From Amphiscolops sp. MND2022 (taxonomy: Eukaryota): a DNA stretch of 64,000 bases. A program made the position numbers and the translations under genes. The DNA is taken from positions 95,792,001 to 95,856,000 of the forward strand of contig OZ076409.1 of NCBI GenBank assembly GCA_964187785.1, given 5' to 3'. Below are positions 62,263 through 64,000 of the stretch, one piece after another. Numbering within the stretch: the first letter of the stretch is position 1; every line of letters starts with the position of its first letter. The notes below the pieces were generated by a model. The model did not search any database. It worked only from the letters and a program-made list of their open reading frames with translations, and was not told the DNA's origin.

Positions 62263-63020
62263 ACAGTGGGGTCCGCCTAATTCGACATTCTGGGGATAAG
62301 CGAAATATGTCGAATTATCCGATGTGCCGAATTATCCAATTCCGCTCAAAAATGAATAAAAACAATTTTTAACCCGGAAATTCAATTTTTCAAAGAAAAT
62401 CAAACAACAGATCTATAAAAATCAGTCACTCTCGATTGTTTTTGGTGCTCTTGGCGCATTTTGTCCAACTTCTCACCTACACGTTGACAGAGTTCGATGC
62501 ATTCTGTGTCAGTCGAGTTTTGTAAAAAGAACCTTGTCAAAGATTCTAGAAATTCTTTTGCCTCTTTGTAAGATACTAATACCACGGGCGCACCTTGATC
62601 ATCATCTGGTTCTTGGTATTGATTTAAATGTATTGTTTTTGCAGAATGTAATGCTGTGATAACCATGGGCCGTGATCTATTTTTACGGTGATGATCTGGG
62701 TGGGCAAGCGATCTGCTGTGAAGATGCTGGCTGTGTCATACCCTGGCTACAGTCTTTTGAGCCCTGCTGCCAATAGCCACTGTAAATACTGTGTAGCCAA
62801 ACTACTGCAGCAATTCAACATCCACTCATACCGTGTTTTATCAAGGTACGTCAACGGGATACCCTCGTTTTGATTTTCAACCAACTCAACTGATTTTCAA
62901 TGTGGCCAGACCAGACCGCCTTTTTCTAACCAAAATGTAGTTTCTTTTGTTTTCTCTTCGCATCTTGTATCAAATTCCATTTCTTTGGAGTGGGAGAGTT
63001 CAATTTGATGCTTCATTTTA
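62263..63020 (-). pseudogene. Deleted pogo/Tigger-like transposon remnant
   Basis: TA|CAGTGGGGTCCGCC end; C-terminal EAKEFLESLTRFF...KQSRVTDFY (PIP-box-like tail); upstream YDTASIFTAD resembles pogo Y...IFNADE. Confidence 0.65.
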
Positions 63021-64000
63021 GATTTGCGATTCAGCGAATTACCGGACGTCCGGAATTTTTCAGCGATTTAAATTAGTGGCAATTAACAGATGGTCGCAAT
63101 TCAGAATTCCTCTGAGTAAACACGGAGTTTCAAGTTGAATTTCGAAAAAAAACTCCAACTCCTACCGTCATAAAATCCACACAGTATGAAAAATTCTTTT
63201 TTCTTGCAAAAACTGAATTAAGTTATCAAAGAATTTTACAAATTACTTGAGGTCGAACATTTAATAGTTCAAAGAAAAAGTTTTTCATTGAAATAGCGCT
63301 TTCAAAATTAGCGGATGCAGATAAAAGTCGTTTTCCTAGTAATTAGTGTTCTTTTCTTCAAATCAGAGGTCCAACTTGGACACTGTAAGTGGAATGTTCT
63401 ATCCTAAAAATGGCTTCTCTAAAATGCCAACGGTAGATTATACATATTTTTCTTTTCTGAATGGTGAAAAATTATCAATCAATATTTTTTCAGTCCAATT
63501 TAAAACTAAGATCCTCAATTAGAACGTTATTTAAAAGCTTGAAAGAAAATGAGATAAAGTATGTAAAAACACTTTTATCGTTTTGGCCATTTGTTTTTTT
63601 TCGAAACGGCAAACTACAAGCGCCCTTGAGGCTCGAAAAGCAGCAAAGTTTTTAAATATTCTCGAGGACAATTATTGAGAAAATGGTGTCGAGCAAAACA
63701 CCAAGAACCCTTGGGACTCAAAAAACGCTCTTCCGCACCTGAAAACATCGAAAATCCCATTGTTCTAAAAACATCATTTTCGGAAAAAAGTCGCCAAGTG
63801 TCCGAAAACCTTTTGACCTAGTATAGCTATGCAAACATGAAATTGTTGAACCTGTGTGGGGTTTGCCCCCCCCCCCACTACCTGATGTGTGGAATTCCGG
63901 GGCCGAGGCAGTAAACTACTGGACCAAAGTGCTGCCGAGTACTTCAGTTCTTTTATTATAATGAAAGCCTATAAATCTGTCTGTTAGCGTGTCTCTTTAA

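Noticed and set aside
63840..63940. Weak minus-strand tRNA-like A box
   Set aside because: No intact B box or cloverleaf.

Overview
Repeat-rich eukaryotic (invertebrate-like) genomic DNA. Two host genes lie on the + strand only 144 bp apart: a 2-exon, highly divergent ACAD9-like gene (37080-39096) and a 6-exon SPTLC1/LCB1 gene (39241-51270, 510 aa after splicing). Each start codon is preceded by a TTTTCAG acceptor, suggesting a trans-spliced operon. The rest is transposon-derived: a decayed Ty1/copia element with LTRs and a 5-bp TSD (603-4764); an 18.4-kb Ty3/gypsy element (6556-24995, minus strand) with extra cargo (tandem TARG1-like macrodomains, a second protease-like domain, a large extra ORF); a CRE-like RLE non-LTR element with an N-terminal PHD finger plus an older fragment of the same family; a CR1/L2-group LINE interrupted by MITEs; and many Mutator-, hAT-, pogo- and Helentron-type non-autonomous elements. 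The most striking find is a 423-bp TRIM-like element (29111-29533) whose terminal repeats each contain a tRNA-like gene, and whose primer-binding site is complementary to the CCA-tailed 3' end of that same tRNA, so it may encode its own primer. Also notable are a tRNA-promoter-headed 60-bp-arm hairpin ending in a T5 run (shRNA-like) in an SPTLC1 intron, and a hairpin cassette shared by three MITEs with different termini. All protein and family assignments come from motif recognition by eye; no database searches were run.
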